Assembly (NCBI GenBank): GCA_003220795.1
Contig: QHTK01000058.1
Span: forward strand, 756-64,755
Source of the DNA: Gemmatimonadota bacterium
Lineage (GTDB): Bacteria; Gemmatimonadota; Gemmatimonadetes; Gemmatimonadales; GWC2-71-9
Reading direction: 5' to 3'
DNA length: 64,000 bases
This document shows, in pieces, positions 1 through 9,779 of this stretch. Positions within the stretch are counted from its first letter, which is position 1. Each line of letters begins with the position of its first letter. Position numbers and translations under genes: made by a program. The notes below the pieces were generated by a model. That model saw only the letters and a list, made by a program, of their open reading frames with translations, was not told the DNA's origin and did no database searches.

Positions 1-67
1 TGAGCGTGCGGACCAGCGACTGGTCGTCGTCGGCGACGAGGATCTTGGCCGCGGCACTGTCGGGCAT
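1..67 (-). CDS. response regulator, N-terminal fragment (gene runs off the window start)
   Basis: The reverse complement of 1-67 reads MPDSAAAKILVADDDQSLVRTL, a typical receiver-domain start with the DD acidic pocket. It begins 4 nt after the dehydratase stop. It is absent from the ORF track because it is truncated. Confidence 0.5.
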   Translation of the reverse strand, partial: MPDSAAAKILVADDDQSLVRTL

Positions 68-71
68 CTGC

Positions 72-1001
72 TCAGTCCTCGAGAAGCGAGGGATCGACGT
101 TGCCGCCGCTCACGACGAGCACCGTGGGCGGCACCGGCCGGACGGCACCGGACCGGAGCGCCGCGGTCGTGGCCGCGCCGGACGGCTCGACCGCGATATG
201 GCACTGCCGCCAGAGAAAATGTACCGCCTCGCGCAGTGCGTCATCTTCGACGAGGACCACTCCCGCGAGACGGTCGCGCTGGCGGGCGAGGTGCGCGAAG
301 GGGATGTCCCCGACGCTGAGCGTAATCAACCCATCGGCGAGGCTCGCCGTGCGCTCGAGCCGCACCGGCTGGCCCGCCGCGAGCGAGCGGGTGAGCTTCG
401 GCGCGCCGGCGGGCTCGACGCCCCACACCCGCGCCGCGCTCCCGGCCGCCGCGAGTCCGACCACGACCCCCGAGATGAGGCCGCCCCCGCCTACCGGCAC
501 CACGACGGTGCCGACGTCGGGAAGATCGGCGGCGATCTCGAGGCCCACGGTCGCCTGCCCGGCGACGATGTCCGGGTGGTCGAACGGCGGCACGACCGCG
601 AGCCCCTCCCGTGCGGAGAGCTCTTCCGCCTTCACCTGGCGGTCCTGCGACGTGCGCCCCGCGAACACCACTTCGCCACCCCACTTCTGCACGCCCGCAA
701 CCTTGACCGCCGGCGCCGTTTCGGGCATGACGACGACCGCCCGAATGCCCAGCAGCTGAGCCGCGTACGCGACCGCCTGGCCATGATTCCCGCTCGAGTA
801 GGTGATGACCCCCGCGCGCCGTGCGGCGGGCGGCAGGCGGCTGATGGCATTATAGGCGCCCCGGATCTTGAACGCCCCTATGGGCTGCAGGTTCTCGAGC
901 TTCAAGTAGGCGTCGAGCGGCTCCACGTAGCGGAGGGGCGTCCGGACCGCGACCCCGCGCAGCCGCTCGGCCGCGTCGCGGACGTCCTGGGCCGTGACCA
1001 A
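72..1001 (-). CDS. PLP-dependent threonine/serine dehydratase (fold type II, short IlvA/TdcB-like)
   Basis: The translation has LENLQPIGAFKIRGA (PLP lysine motif), SSGNHGQAVAYAA and a GGGGL glycine loop. The track start at 1100 overlaps the gyrA 3' end with an Arg-rich extension. I place the start at TTG 1001, 1 nt after the gyrA stop; this start is uncertain. Confidence 0.85.
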   Translation of the reverse strand: MVTAQDVRDAAERLRGVAVRTPLRYVEPLDAYLKLENLQPIGAFKIRGAYNAISRLPPAARRAGVITYSSGNHGQAVAYAAQLLGIRAVVVMPETAPAVKVAGVQKWGGEVVFAGRTSQDRQVKAEELSAREGLAVVPPFDHPDIVAGQATVGLEIAADLPDVGTVVVPVGGGGLISGVVVGLAAAGSAARVWGVEPAGAPKLTRSLAAGQPVRLERTASLADGLITLSVGDIPFAHLARQRDRLAGVVLVEDDALREAVHFLWRQCHIAVEPSGAATTAALRSGAVRPVPPTVLVVSGGNVDPSLLED

Positions 1002-1002
1002 C

Positions 1003-3531
1003 TTACCGCTTCTTCTTTCCGGACTTCTTGGGAGCTGCGGCCTTCTTCGGCGCTGGCGTGTCCTCCTCGTCATCCCCGTCGTCCCCGGTCTCGGCCTCAT
1101 CTTCCTTCACCACGCGGGCGACGTCGACCACGAGATCGCCCGGCGTCAGGTTCATGACCTTCACGCCCTGCGTGTTGCGCCCCGAGATACGGATCCCCTC
1201 GACCGGCACGCGGATCATGATCCCCTTCTTGGTGATCATCATGAGCTCGTCGTCGGGGAGCACTTCCTTGAGTGCCACGATGTCGCCGGTCTTATCGGAC
1301 CGCTTGAGCGTGATGATACCGCGGCCGCCGCGGTGCTGCACGCGGTACTCGTCGAGCTCGGAGCGCTTACCCATGCCCTTCTCGGTGACCGTGAGCAGCG
1401 TCGACTTGCGTCGCACCACGACCATGTCGATGACGTGGTCCTTCTTGTCGAGCTCGATCCCCTTCACGCCGGTCGCGGTGCGTCCCATATCGCGCACGTC
1501 CTTCTCCTGGAACCGGATGCTCATGCCCTGCCGCGTGGCGAGCACGATGTCGTTGCGCCCGTCGGTCACCTGCACGTCGATCAGCTCGTCGCCCTTCTCG
1601 ATGTTGATGGCGCGGATGCCGACCGAGCGCGGGTTGCCGAACTCCGAGAGCCGGGTCTTCTTCACCACGCCGTTCTTGGTCGCGAACAGGAGGTACTGGT
1701 CCTCGGAGAACTCGCGCACCGGTACCAGGGCGGCGAGCCGCTCGTCCGGCTTCATCGCGACACAGGAGAGGATCGACTTGCCGCGCGCGGCGCGGGCGGC
1801 CTGCGCGATCTCGTGCACCTTGAGCCAGTAGCACTGCCCCTGCTGCGTGAAGAACATCACGTAGTCGTGGGTCGACGCGATGAACAGGTGCTCCACCCAG
1901 TCGTCTTCCTTGGTGTGGGCGGAGATCACGCCCTTGCCGCCGCGCCGCTGGCGCCGGTACGCCGACACCGGGAGTCGCTTGATGTAGCCCGCGTGAGAGA
2001 CGGTGATCACCATGTCCTCTTCGGCGATCAGGTCCTCGATCGAGAACTCGCCCTGGTCGGCGACGATCTCGGTGCGGCGCTGGTCGCCGAAGCCCGCGGC
2101 CACCTCGGTCAGCTCCTCCTTCAGGATCTTCATGCGGCGCGGCTTGGAGGCGAGGATCTCCTTGCACTCTTTGATGAACTTCCGGACCTCTTTCAGCTCG
2201 TCTTCGAGCTTCGTGATCTCGAGGGCGGTGAGCCGGGCGAGCCGCATGTTGAGGATCTCGGCCGACTGCTTCTCGGACAGCTTGAAGCGCTTGCGCAGGC
2301 TGGCGTCCGCCGTGGGCGTGTCCTTGGACTTCTTGATGATGCGGATGACCTCGTCGATGTTGTCGACGGCGATCTTCAGGCCCTCGAGGATGTGCTCGCG
2401 GTCCTGCGCGCGCTTCAGCTCGAAGTCGGTGCGGCGGACGATGACCGTGTGGCGGTGCTCGATGAAGTGCTCGAGCAGCTCCTTCAGGTTCATCTCCTTC
2501 GGCGCGCCGTCCACGAGGGCGAGCATGATCGCGCCGAAGGTGGTCTGCATCTGGGTGTGCTTGTAGAGCTGGTTCAGCACCACCGCCGGGACCGCGTCGC
2601 GCTTCAACTCGATGACGATCCGCATCCCCTCGCGGTCCGACTCGTCGCGCAGGTCCGAGATCCCTTCCAGCTTCTTGGCGTTGACGAGCTCGGCGATTTG
2701 CGCGATCAGGTTGCTCTTGTTGACCTGATACGGGATCTCGGCGACGACGATCTGGTGCTTGCCGGTCGACTCTTTCTCCTCGATCACCGCGCGGGCGCGG
2801 ATCGTGATCCGGCCGCGGCCCTTCTCGTAGCACTCCTTGATCCCCTCGCGACCGTAGATGATCGCCCCCGTGGGGAAGTCGGGGCCCTTGATGGATTTCC
2901 GCAGGTCCTTGACCGTCGCAGCGGGGTGGTCGACGAGGTAGGTGAGCGCCTCGACCGTCTCGGCGAGGTTGTGCGGCGGGACGTTGGTCGCCATCCCGAC
3001 TGCGATGCCGGCCGCCCCGTTCACGATCAGGTTGGGCAGCTTCGCCGGCAGCACCGTCGGCTCCTGTAGCCGATCGTCGAAGTTGGGGATGAAATCGACG
3101 GTGTTCTTGTCGATGTCCTCCAACATCGTCATCGCCACGCGGGTGAGGCGCGCTTCGGTGTAGCGATACGCCGCCGCCGGGTCCCCGTCCACCGAGCCAA
3201 AGTTCCCCTGACCGTCGACGAGGGGGTACCGCAGCGAGAAGTCCTGCACCATGCGCACCAGAGCGTCGTACACGGCGATGTCGCCGTGCGGGTGATACTT
3301 CCCCAGCACGTCGCCGACGACGGTGGCGCTCTTCTTGTACGGCCGACCCGGCACCAGGCCGAGCTCGTGCATCGCGTACAGGATGCGGCGGTGCACAGGC
3401 TTCAACCCGTCGCGCACGTCGGGCAGTGCGCGCTGCACGATCACGCTCATCGAGTAGTCGAGGAACGACTCCTTCATCTCGTCTTCGATGAGGCGGGGGA
3501 GGATGCGTTCGCGGGCGTTGGGTGCGGTCAT
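1003..3531 (-). CDS. gyrA: DNA gyrase subunit A
   Basis: The 842-aa product has the N-terminal motifs [14 protein letters not shown] and [13 protein letters not shown] and the active-site region [11 protein letters not shown]. It also has C-terminal beta-pinwheel repeats and an acidic/lysine tail. Confidence 0.97.
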   Translation of the reverse strand: MTAPNARERILPRLIEDEMKESFLDYSMSVIVQRALPDVRDGLKPVHRRILYAMHELGLVPGRPYKKSATVVGDVLGKYHPHGDIAVYDALVRMVQDFSLRYPLVDGQGNFGSVDGDPAAAYRYTEARLTRVAMTMLEDIDKNTVDFIPNFDDRLQEPTVLPAKLPNLIVNGAAGIAVGMATNVPPHNLAETVEALTYLVDHPAATVKDLRKSIKGPDFPTGAIIYGREGIKECYEKGRGRITIRARAVIEEKESTGKHQIVVAEIPYQVNKSNLIAQIAELVNAKKLEGISDLRDESDREGMRIVIELKRDAVPAVVLNQLYKHTQMQTTFGAIMLALVDGAPKEMNLKELLEHFIEHRHTVIVRRTDFELKRAQDREHILEGLKIAVDNIDEVIRIIKKSKDTPTADASLRKRFKLSEKQSAEILNMRLARLTALEITKLEDELKEVRKFIKECKEILASKPRRMKILKEELTEVAAGFGDQRRTEIVADQGEFSIEDLIAEEDMVITVSHAGYIKRLPVSAYRRQRRGGKGVISAHTKEDDWVEHLFIASTHDYVMFFTQQGQCYWLKVHEIAQAARAARGKSILSCVAMKPDERLAALVPVREFSEDQYLLFATKNGVVKKTRLSEFGNPRSVGIRAINIEKGDELIDVQVTDGRNDIVLATRQGMSIRFQEKDVRDMGRTATGVKGIELDKKDHVIDMVVVRRKSTLLTVTEKGMGKRSELDEYRVQHRGGRGIITLKRSDKTGDIVALKEVLPDDELMMITKKGIMIRVPVEGIRISGRNTQGVKVMNLTPGDLVVDVARVVKEDEAETGDDGDDEEDTPAPKKAAAPKKSGKKKR

Positions 3532-3596
3532 GAGCGGCTGGGGCCGGTGGTCAGAGGTCAGGGATCGGGAGTGCCGACAAGCACGCTAAGTTGCAG

Positions 3597-3626
3597 AAAA
3601 TTAAACACTTAGACCTGGAAAGGCAA
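3597..3626 (-). promoter_or_regulatory. candidate sigma70-type promoter of gyrA
   Basis: This is the only AT-rich patch in the gyrA upstream region. The minus strand reads TTGCCT-N16/17-TTAATT(T), about 65-95 nt upstream of the gyrA ATG. It is a motif-level guess only. Confidence 0.3.
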
Positions 3627-3805
3627 CGCACGGCGCCGTTCCCTAGGGGGCTTTGTTGACGCCCCGTTGAGGGGTGCCGCACATCGTGTTCCCAGGCTGC
3701 TGTAGCCTGGGCTCGGCCCAACGCTGCGCTGAAACACAACGAGCGAAGCGAAGCTTGTGAAGCGGATGTCCTTCAGGACAGTGCTGCGCCGAGCCCATGC
3801 TTTCC

Positions 3806-4852
3806 TCAGTCGCGCACCTGCACCACGATCTTCCCCAGCTGCTCCCCTTTGTCCAGGCGCTCGAACGCCGCTCGCGCCTCCTCGAGCGGGAAGACGCGGT
3901 CCACGATCGGCCGCAGCTCGCCACTCGCCAGCAGCCCGACGACCTCCCGGTACTCTGCGTCGTTCCCCATCGTCGAACCCAGGATGCTCCAGTGATACCA
4001 GAAAAGCCGCCGCAGGTCGATCCCCACGTCGGGGCCGGTCGTGGCGCCGCACGTCACCAACCGGCCGCCGCGCCCGAGCGAGCGCAGCGACTGCTGCCAC
4101 GTCGCCGCGCCGACGTTCTCGACCACGACGTCCGCGCCCCGCTTGTTGGTCAGGATCCGGACTTCCTGCGCCACCTGTTGGGTGCGGTGATTGAGGGTCA
4201 CGTCGGCGCCCAGACGACGCGCCGTCTCGAGCTTCGCATCACTCGAGCTGGTGACGATCACACGCGCGCCTCGCAGCTTCGCGATCCGCAGCGCCGTGAG
4301 GGACACCCCGCCCCCGATCCCCCAGATCAGGACCGTCTCCCCCGCCCGGAGCTGGGCCCGCGTCACGACCATCCGCCAGGCGGTGAGCGTGACGAGCGAG
4401 AACGCCGCGGCTTCAGCCCAGTTGAGCGGCGGCGTCACTGTCGGGATGATGGCGACATTCTGCTCCGGGACGATGACGGACTCGCACAACGTACCCGGGA
4501 GGTGCTCGCCCAGCATCCGGTAGTTCACACACAGGGAATGCTCCCCCGCCCGGCAATATTCGCAGGTGTAGTCGGAAATGCCGGGGTTGAGCATGACGCG
4601 GTCGCCCAACCGTACAGAGCGGACCTCCGTGCCGACGGCAGCCACCACGCCCGCGCCGTCAGCCCCGAGGATGTGGGGGAAGGTGTGGCCGTGCGGGAGG
4701 CCGCGCACCACGAACAGGTCGAGGTGGTTGAGCGCGGCGGCGCGGATTGCGACACGCACCTCTCGCGGCCCCAGCGGCACCGCGGGCTCGGACACATCGG
4801 CCAGCTGGACTTGATCGAGACTGCCGGTCGCGCGGATGACCCAAGCGCGCAT
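3806..4852 (-). CDS. zinc-type medium-chain alcohol dehydrogenase / quinone oxidoreductase family
   Basis: The translation begins MRAWVIRATG and contains ILGADGAGVVAAVG, a structural-zinc Cys cluster (CEYCRAGEHSLC) and a Rossmann motif (IWGIGGGVS). The start is trimmed to ATG 4852, because the track's earlier start would overlap the upstream gene. Confidence 0.85.
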   Translation of the reverse strand: MRAWVIRATGSLDQVQLADVSEPAVPLGPREVRVAIRAAALNHLDLFVVRGLPHGHTFPHILGADGAGVVAAVGTEVRSVRLGDRVMLNPGISDYTCEYCRAGEHSLCVNYRMLGEHLPGTLCESVIVPEQNVAIIPTVTPPLNWAEAAAFSLVTLTAWRMVVTRAQLRAGETVLIWGIGGGVSLTALRIAKLRGARVIVTSSSDAKLETARRLGADVTLNHRTQQVAQEVRILTNKRGADVVVENVGAATWQQSLRSLGRGGRLVTCGATTGPDVGIDLRRLFWYHWSILGSTMGNDAEYREVVGLLASGELRPIVDRVFPLEEARAAFERLDKGEQLGKIVVQVRD

Positions 4853-4859
4853 CGGCGGC

Positions 4860-7136
4860 TTATGGCATGAACGTCGCGGCCACCATCTGCTCGGCGCCGG
4901 TCGTGGGGATCGCGACCGGGGCACCCCCACCGGCCGCTCCGCCCCCCGTCGCAACCGGCTGGATGAAGATCTTCTGCACGTTCTTCTGCACGTTGACCAC
5001 TAGCGCGAGCAGGTCGCCCCCGGGGGAGACCGCGAAGTCGGTGATGACGAGATCGGTGCCGGTGAGCGGGGCCGCGCGGCCGCTCGCCAGATCCGCCTTC
5101 ACGACCTGCGTGACGGTGCGGCCGCCGTCCTTCCCCTCGAGCAGGAAGGCGAGCGAGCCGTCGCGCATGAAGTGGGGACTCTTTTCCTTGACCTGGGGCG
5201 ACTTCGTGAAGTTGCGCTGGTTCGAGCCGTCACGCGACATCAGCCAGATGTCGTCGCTGCCGTCCCGGTTCGACACGAACGCGATGGTCTCGCCGTCCGG
5301 CGAGGCGGATGGCTGCGAATTCTCCGACGGCTCCTGGGTCAGCTGGATCGCGTCCGAGCCCGTGATCGGCTGCACGAAGATCTGACGGTGGCCGGTGCGC
5401 GGGGAATGGAACACCACGGCACGCCCGTCGGCCGTGAACGACGGGGCGCCGTCCGCGCCCGGGGCGTTGGTGAGCCGCGACGGGCTCGTCCCGTCGGCGT
5501 CCATCACGTAGATCTCCGGCTGGCCGTCGCGTGTCGACACGAACGCCAGGCGCGAGCCGTCCGGCGAGTAGGCGGGCTCGGCGGCCGTGGAGCTGTCGTC
5601 TAGCACCTTGCGCAGCTGCGCCAGGTTCGCGCGCTCCGCGGCGTACAGCTGGAGCCGCCCGGACCGCGAGCTGGCGACTACGATCTCACCCTGCACGAAG
5701 ACCTCGACGACGGCATGCTTGCCCCCGGGGGCGGACGCGGTGACGCGGGCGTGGCCGTACCCGGTTGCCGAGATCGTCCCGTCCTCCGCCACGGCGACGG
5801 CCGGCGGGTTGTCGGAAGCGAAGGTGACGGCCGTCGCGGGGCCGATCACCGTTCCCGTCTCGTCGGCGAAGCTGGCGCGCAATCCATACCGCCGGTTGAG
5901 CGGCAGACCGAGTCGCGTGGCCGACAGCTTGAGGGCCGCGGCGATGACCCGGATCTGCCACGTCGCCACCAGTCCCAGGCCCGGGCCTCTAGCCGTCAGC
6001 GTCGTCTTCCCCGCCTTCTTCCCCGTGAGCGACCCGGTCGCCGGATCGAAGCTCGCCAGCGATGTGTCGCCCACGCTCCACCGGATCGGCGCCTCTGGCA
6101 CGGGCGTCCCATCGGGCGCGACCGCCGTCACCTGAAACTTCGCGGTCCCCTGGATCGGCAGCGGCACTTCGGTCTTGAAGACGGGGATCACCGTCAGCTG
6201 GGCCACCGTCTTGTGCACCACGATGTCCACGCTCTTGGTCTGCAGCAGCCCGGACACGGACAGCGTGGTCTTGCCCGGCGCCACCGCGGTCACGACGCCC
6301 GTGAGCGACACCCGAGCGACGTTCGGGTCCGCCGACGCCCATTGCATCGTCAGGGGACTCACGACGCGATTCCCCTGTCCCGGCACGATCACATGCAGCG
6401 TGTCGACGTCGTTGGGCCCGAGCGTGACGGGACTCGGCTCCTGGATCGCGATGTCGCTCGGTTGCACGACGACCGGTGCCGTCGCCGTGAGCCCGGTCGA
6501 GCTCGTCACCTGCACCGTCCCCTGGCCCGCAGATAGCGCGACGATCACACCGTTCTGGTCCACGCTCGCGATATCGGGGCGGAGCGACTTCCACGTCACG
6601 GCGACCGGTGCGGCGGGCGAGCCGTCGTCCTTGAGCGCGCGCGGCACGACGCGCGTGTTCTCGGACGGCAGCAGGTACACGGTCGGCGGCTCGATCCGCA
6701 TGACGGAAGCCGGGCCCGTGCCGGGGGGCTGGCCCGCGAGCGGATCGACGCCACCAGTCCCGTCCGTCGGTCGGGCCGTCGTCTGCGGTGGCGCGCCCGC
6801 CTGCGTGCCCGCTGACGGCGCGCCGATTACCTGCACGGCCGCCTGACCGCGACGCGGTCCCACCCGCGCTTCGACGATCGCGACGCCCCCGGCCACGCCG
6901 GTCACGGTGCCGTCGTTGTCGACCTTGGCCACCGACACGTTGTTCGAGGACCAGATGAATCGCACCGTCGGGATCACATTGCCCGCACGATCGAACGCCG
7001 TGGCCAACAAGCCACTGCGCTCGCCTACCTTGACCGTCACGGTGGGCGGGGCGACCTGAACTTCGGATACATTTTGCGCGACGGCGCGTCCGGGAAGAGC
7101 GAACGTGATCCAGATCACAACCGCGCGAGGGGTCAT
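4860..7136 (-). CDS. secreted protein with several bacterial Ig-like (Big_2-type) domains and a C-terminal TolB-like PD40 beta-propeller
   Basis: The N-terminal part has repeated ~80-aa units of the type V.V.P....L..G.T..L.A. The C-terminal part has PD40 repeats (SPDGSRLAFVSTRDGQPEIYVMDADG, SPDGETIAFVSNRDGSDDIWLMSRDG). The start is placed at ATG 7136, which gives a signal peptide (MTPRAVVIWITFALPGRAVAQ). A TTGACA-N17-TTACGT element lies just upstream at 7175-7147. The alternative start is 7175. Confidence 0.8.
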   Translation of the reverse strand: MTPRAVVIWITFALPGRAVAQNVSEVQVAPPTVTVKVGERSGLLATAFDRAGNVIPTVRFIWSSNNVSVAKVDNDGTVTGVAGGVAIVEARVGPRRGQAAVQVIGAPSAGTQAGAPPQTTARPTDGTGGVDPLAGQPPGTGPASVMRIEPPTVYLLPSENTRVVPRALKDDGSPAAPVAVTWKSLRPDIASVDQNGVIVALSAGQGTVQVTSSTGLTATAPVVVQPSDIAIQEPSPVTLGPNDVDTLHVIVPGQGNRVVSPLTMQWASADPNVARVSLTGVVTAVAPGKTTLSVSGLLQTKSVDIVVHKTVAQLTVIPVFKTEVPLPIQGTAKFQVTAVAPDGTPVPEAPIRWSVGDTSLASFDPATGSLTGKKAGKTTLTARGPGLGLVATWQIRVIAAALKLSATRLGLPLNRRYGLRASFADETGTVIGPATAVTFASDNPPAVAVAEDGTISATGYGHARVTASAPGGKHAVVEVFVQGEIVVASSRSGRLQLYAAERANLAQLRKVLDDSSTAAEPAYSPDGSRLAFVSTRDGQPEIYVMDADGTSPSRLTNAPGADGAPSFTADGRAVVFHSPRTGHRQIFVQPITGSDAIQLTQEPSENSQPSASPDGETIAFVSNRDGSDDIWLMSRDGSNQRNFTKSPQVKEKSPHFMRDGSLAFLLEGKDGGRTVTQVVKADLASGRAAPLTGTDLVITDFAVSPGGDLLALVVNVQKNVQKIFIQPVATGGGAAGGGAPVAIPTTGAEQMVAATFMP

Positions 7137-7531
7137 AGCGGCGCCAACGTAAGCGCACGTAAGTGTTGTTGTCAAGCTAACTTGTCACCGCGGGGCATGA
7201 TTCGCAACGCGGCCGCCCAGGATCGCTCGGTGCCCCGGCCCGGCCAACGGCATAACGGCTTTCCAGCGAACGAGTCCCACCGGCCATGGCGACGCCGCCA
7301 CGAGCCCGTTCTCCAGGGGCCGCCGGGTCAAGCGGGGCGCGCGCCAGGCGCGCCTCACGCCGGGGCCAACGTCGTTGGTGACGCGCCTACCTCTGGGCGT
7401 ACAACGGACGCGAGTCGCGCTCCCGCGCCGGCCAGGCGACGCGCACGTCGGTGGCGCGTGCTCACTTGCGTGACAGCATTCCCAGGGTAAGCTATAAGCC
7501 ACGCCCACGGACAACCAGCAGAGGAGATCCG

Positions 7532-7798
7532 ATGCTCGAGCCAAACGACTTCTCGGAGAGCAGCTGGACTGGCTCCGGCATGATGGAGCCGATGTACCCG
7601 CCATCGCCTCCACCGATGCCGAGCCCGGCGCCGATGATGGACGAGCCGGAGGAGGCACCGAGGCGGAAGGCGCCCGCACGCAAGAAGAAGAAGGCTGCGA
7701 AGCGGCCCAAGGCGAAGAAGGCCGCCAAGAAGCGGCCGAAGGGTAAGGCCAAGCGGGGCGCGAAGCGGAAGAAAGCGGCGAAGCGGCGTCGCCGCTGA
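7532..7798 (+). CDS. small two-part protein: acidic Met/Pro-rich N-terminus and a histone-H1-like Lys/Ala/Arg tail
   Basis: ATG 7532 is preceded by GAGGAG (7521-7526). The 88-aa product ends in KKKKAAKRPKAKKAAKKRPKGKAKRGAKRKKAAKRRRR. Low complexity makes coding status less certain. Confidence 0.55.
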   Translation: MLEPNDFSESSWTGSGMMEPMYPPSPPPMPSPAPMMDEPEEAPRRKAPARKKKKAAKRPKAKKAAKKRPKGKAKRGAKRKKAAKRRRR

Positions 7799-7908
7799 GC
7801 CCACCGCATCACCACACCGCGGGAGCGCCTGTTGGATGGCTCGACCCATCCCCTCGAGGCGCTCCCGCGGTACGTTTTCGAGTCACCCCGGCACGGAGCG
7901 AAACGGCC

Positions 7909-8394
7909 ATGAACGTGGGGCGTTGGGCCTACGGCGTGGGGGGGGCCGCGGGGGCCGGGGGGGCCGGCCTGTTCATCCTCATCAGTTGTGCGGCACCGAA
8001 GCTACCGCTCGGCGATCCGCAGGCCGAGATCGCCCAGATGCTGGCGCACAGCGCCGCGAACTGGAACGCGGGCGATCTGGCCGCGTTCATGAGCGACTAC
8101 GCGCGCGACTCGCTCACGAGCTACGTCACGGGCGGCCACGTGCAGTACGGCTGGCAGCCGCTGTACGATCACTACCAGGCCGCGTACTTCGCCCCGGGGA
8201 AGACGCGCGATTCGCTGACCTTCGAGGAAGTGCGCGTGCGGCCGTTGACGCTCGACCTCGCCCTGTGCACTGCGCGCTTCGTGCTGCACTCGGGCGGCGC
8301 GGTCGTCGCGAGCGGGCCGTTCACGTTGCTCCTCCAGAAGCGGGGCGACCGCTGGCAGATCCTGCACGATCACACGTCGAGCGACCCGAAGTGA
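7909..8394 (+). CDS. SnoaL/NTF2-like (DUF4440-type) lipoprotein
   Basis: It has a lipobox-like LFILISC. The pattern NWNAGDLAAFMSDY...W...RWQILHDHTS is typical of the NTF2-like fold. Confidence 0.65.
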   Translation: MNVGRWAYGVGGAAGAGGAGLFILISCAAPKLPLGDPQAEIAQMLAHSAANWNAGDLAAFMSDYARDSLTSYVTGGHVQYGWQPLYDHYQAAYFAPGKTRDSLTFEEVRVRPLTLDLALCTARFVLHSGGAVVASGPFTLLLQKRGDRWQILHDHTSSDPK

Positions 8395-9779
8395 AGCGCG
8401 TGAGGGGCCGGCTGCCGACCGCCCGACCGCCGATTCTCCTGACCGCCGCCGTGGTCCTGATGTCGGCCGCGTGCAACCCGTCGGGTGATGGGGTCGTCGC
8501 CCTCGAAGGCGCCACGCTGCTCGACGGCTCGGGGAGGGAGCCGGTAAAGGACGCCCTGATCCTGGTCAAGAACGGCCACATCCAGGCCGTCGCGCGGGTC
8601 AACGAAGTCGCCGTGCCCCGCGGCGCGCGAGAGATCAGCCTGATCGGCAAGACCGTGATTCCGGGACTGATCGACGCGCACGCGCACGTGGAGCGCTGGG
8701 CGCTGGAGCGGTACGTGGCGTGGGGTGTGACCACGGTGCGCGACCTGGGCGCGATGAGCACCGATTCGGCGATCGCGCTCAAGAACGACTGCGACCTCGG
8801 TGCGGTGCTCGGGCCCCGGCTGTTCACGTCCGGGGCGATGATCGACGGCGTCCCTCCGACCTATCCCACGGCGACCGGAGTCGCCGAGGCGAGCGCCGCC
8901 CGCAAGGCGGTCGATCGGCGCGCCGTCGTGGGCACCGACCTGCTCAAGATCTACACGAAGATCACGCCGTCGCTGCTCAAGCCGCTGATGGACGAAGCGT
9001 CGACGCTGCGGCTCGCCGTCGCGGCGCACCTCGGCAAGACCGATGCGATCACGGCGGCGCGGGCCGGAGTCGCCTCGCTCGAGCACATGGCGGGCGTGGT
9101 CCAGGCCGCGGTGCGCGACCCCGCGCCGTACTTCAAGGCGCACGACCAGTTCCTCAGCGGATGGACGCTGGAAGAAGCCGGTTGGGCGGCGCTCGACTCC
9201 GGCTCGGTCCAGCGCGTCGCCCGGGCGGTCGCGGCGACCCGCACCGCCGTGGTACCCACCCTGGTGCTGCACGAGATGCTGGCGCGGCTCGACAACCCCA
9301 CGCTGCTGCTACGCCCCGGGATGGAGGACGTGCCGGCGAGCGCCGCCAGCGTGCGCGACGTTGCCGGCCTGCTCAAGCGCACGCGCTGGCGCGCCGCCGA
9401 CCTCCAGGCGTTCCGCCGCGCCCGGCCGCGCCAGGATCAATTCGTGCGGGAGTTCAAGCGCGCCGGCGGCTTGATCGCCGCCGGTTCGGATGCGGCGAAC
9501 CAGCTGCTCGTGCCCGGGTTGTCGCTTCACGAGGAGATCGCCTTGCTGGTGGCCGCCGGTTTCACCGCGGTCGAGGCGATCACCGCCGCCACGCGGAAAG
9601 GCGCCCAGCTGCTGCACGCGGACTCGCTCGGTCTCCTCGGGGCGGGCAAGGTCGCGGATCTCGTCGTGCTCGACGGCGATCCCGTGACGACCATCGCCGC
9701 GACGCGCCGCATCGCGTGGGTGATGATCCGCGGACGGATCATCCAACCTGATTCGTTGAGGAAGACATGGGCGAAATGA
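8391..9779 (+). CDS. amidohydrolase-family metallohydrolase (secreted or lipoprotein)
   Basis: GTG 8391 overlaps the upstream stop (GTGA). The signal/lipobox is LLTAAVVLMSAC. The metal motif is IPGLIDAHAHV, and the C-terminal DLVVLDGDP is typical of this family. Confidence 0.85.
   Translation: MKRVRGRLPTARPPILLTAAVVLMSAACNPSGDGVVALEGATLLDGSGREPVKDALILVKNGHIQAVARVNEVAVPRGAREISLIGKTVIPGLIDAHAHVERWALERYVAWGVTTVRDLGAMSTDSAIALKNDCDLGAVLGPRLFTSGAMIDGVPPTYPTATGVAEASAARKAVDRRAVVGTDLLKIYTKITPSLLKPLMDEASTLRLAVAAHLGKTDAITAARAGVASLEHMAGVVQAAVRDPAPYFKAHDQFLSGWTLEEAGWAALDSGSVQRVARAVAATRTAVVPTLVLHEMLARLDNPTLLLRPGMEDVPASAASVRDVAGLLKRTRWRAADLQAFRRARPRQDQFVREFKRAGGLIAAGSDAANQLLVPGLSLHEEIALLVAAGFTAVEAITAATRKGAQLLHADSLGLLGAGKVADLVVLDGDPVTTIAATRRIAWVMIRGRIIQPDSLRKTWAK

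Noticed and set aside
6-1157. A 383-aa plus-strand ORF, with the overlapping ORFs 100..759, 241..684 and 632..850.
   Set aside because: It is antisense or out of frame relative to the PLP dehydratase gene. The translations are Arg/Pro/Ala/Gly-rich with no recognisable domain.
994-3069. A 691-aa plus-strand ORF, with the nested ORFs 1028..1831 and 2003..2566.
   Set aside because: It lies entirely antisense to the unambiguous gyrA gene. The translation is a low-information L/D/H/R/V-rich string with no motifs, a typical mirror-frame artefact of GC-rich coding DNA.
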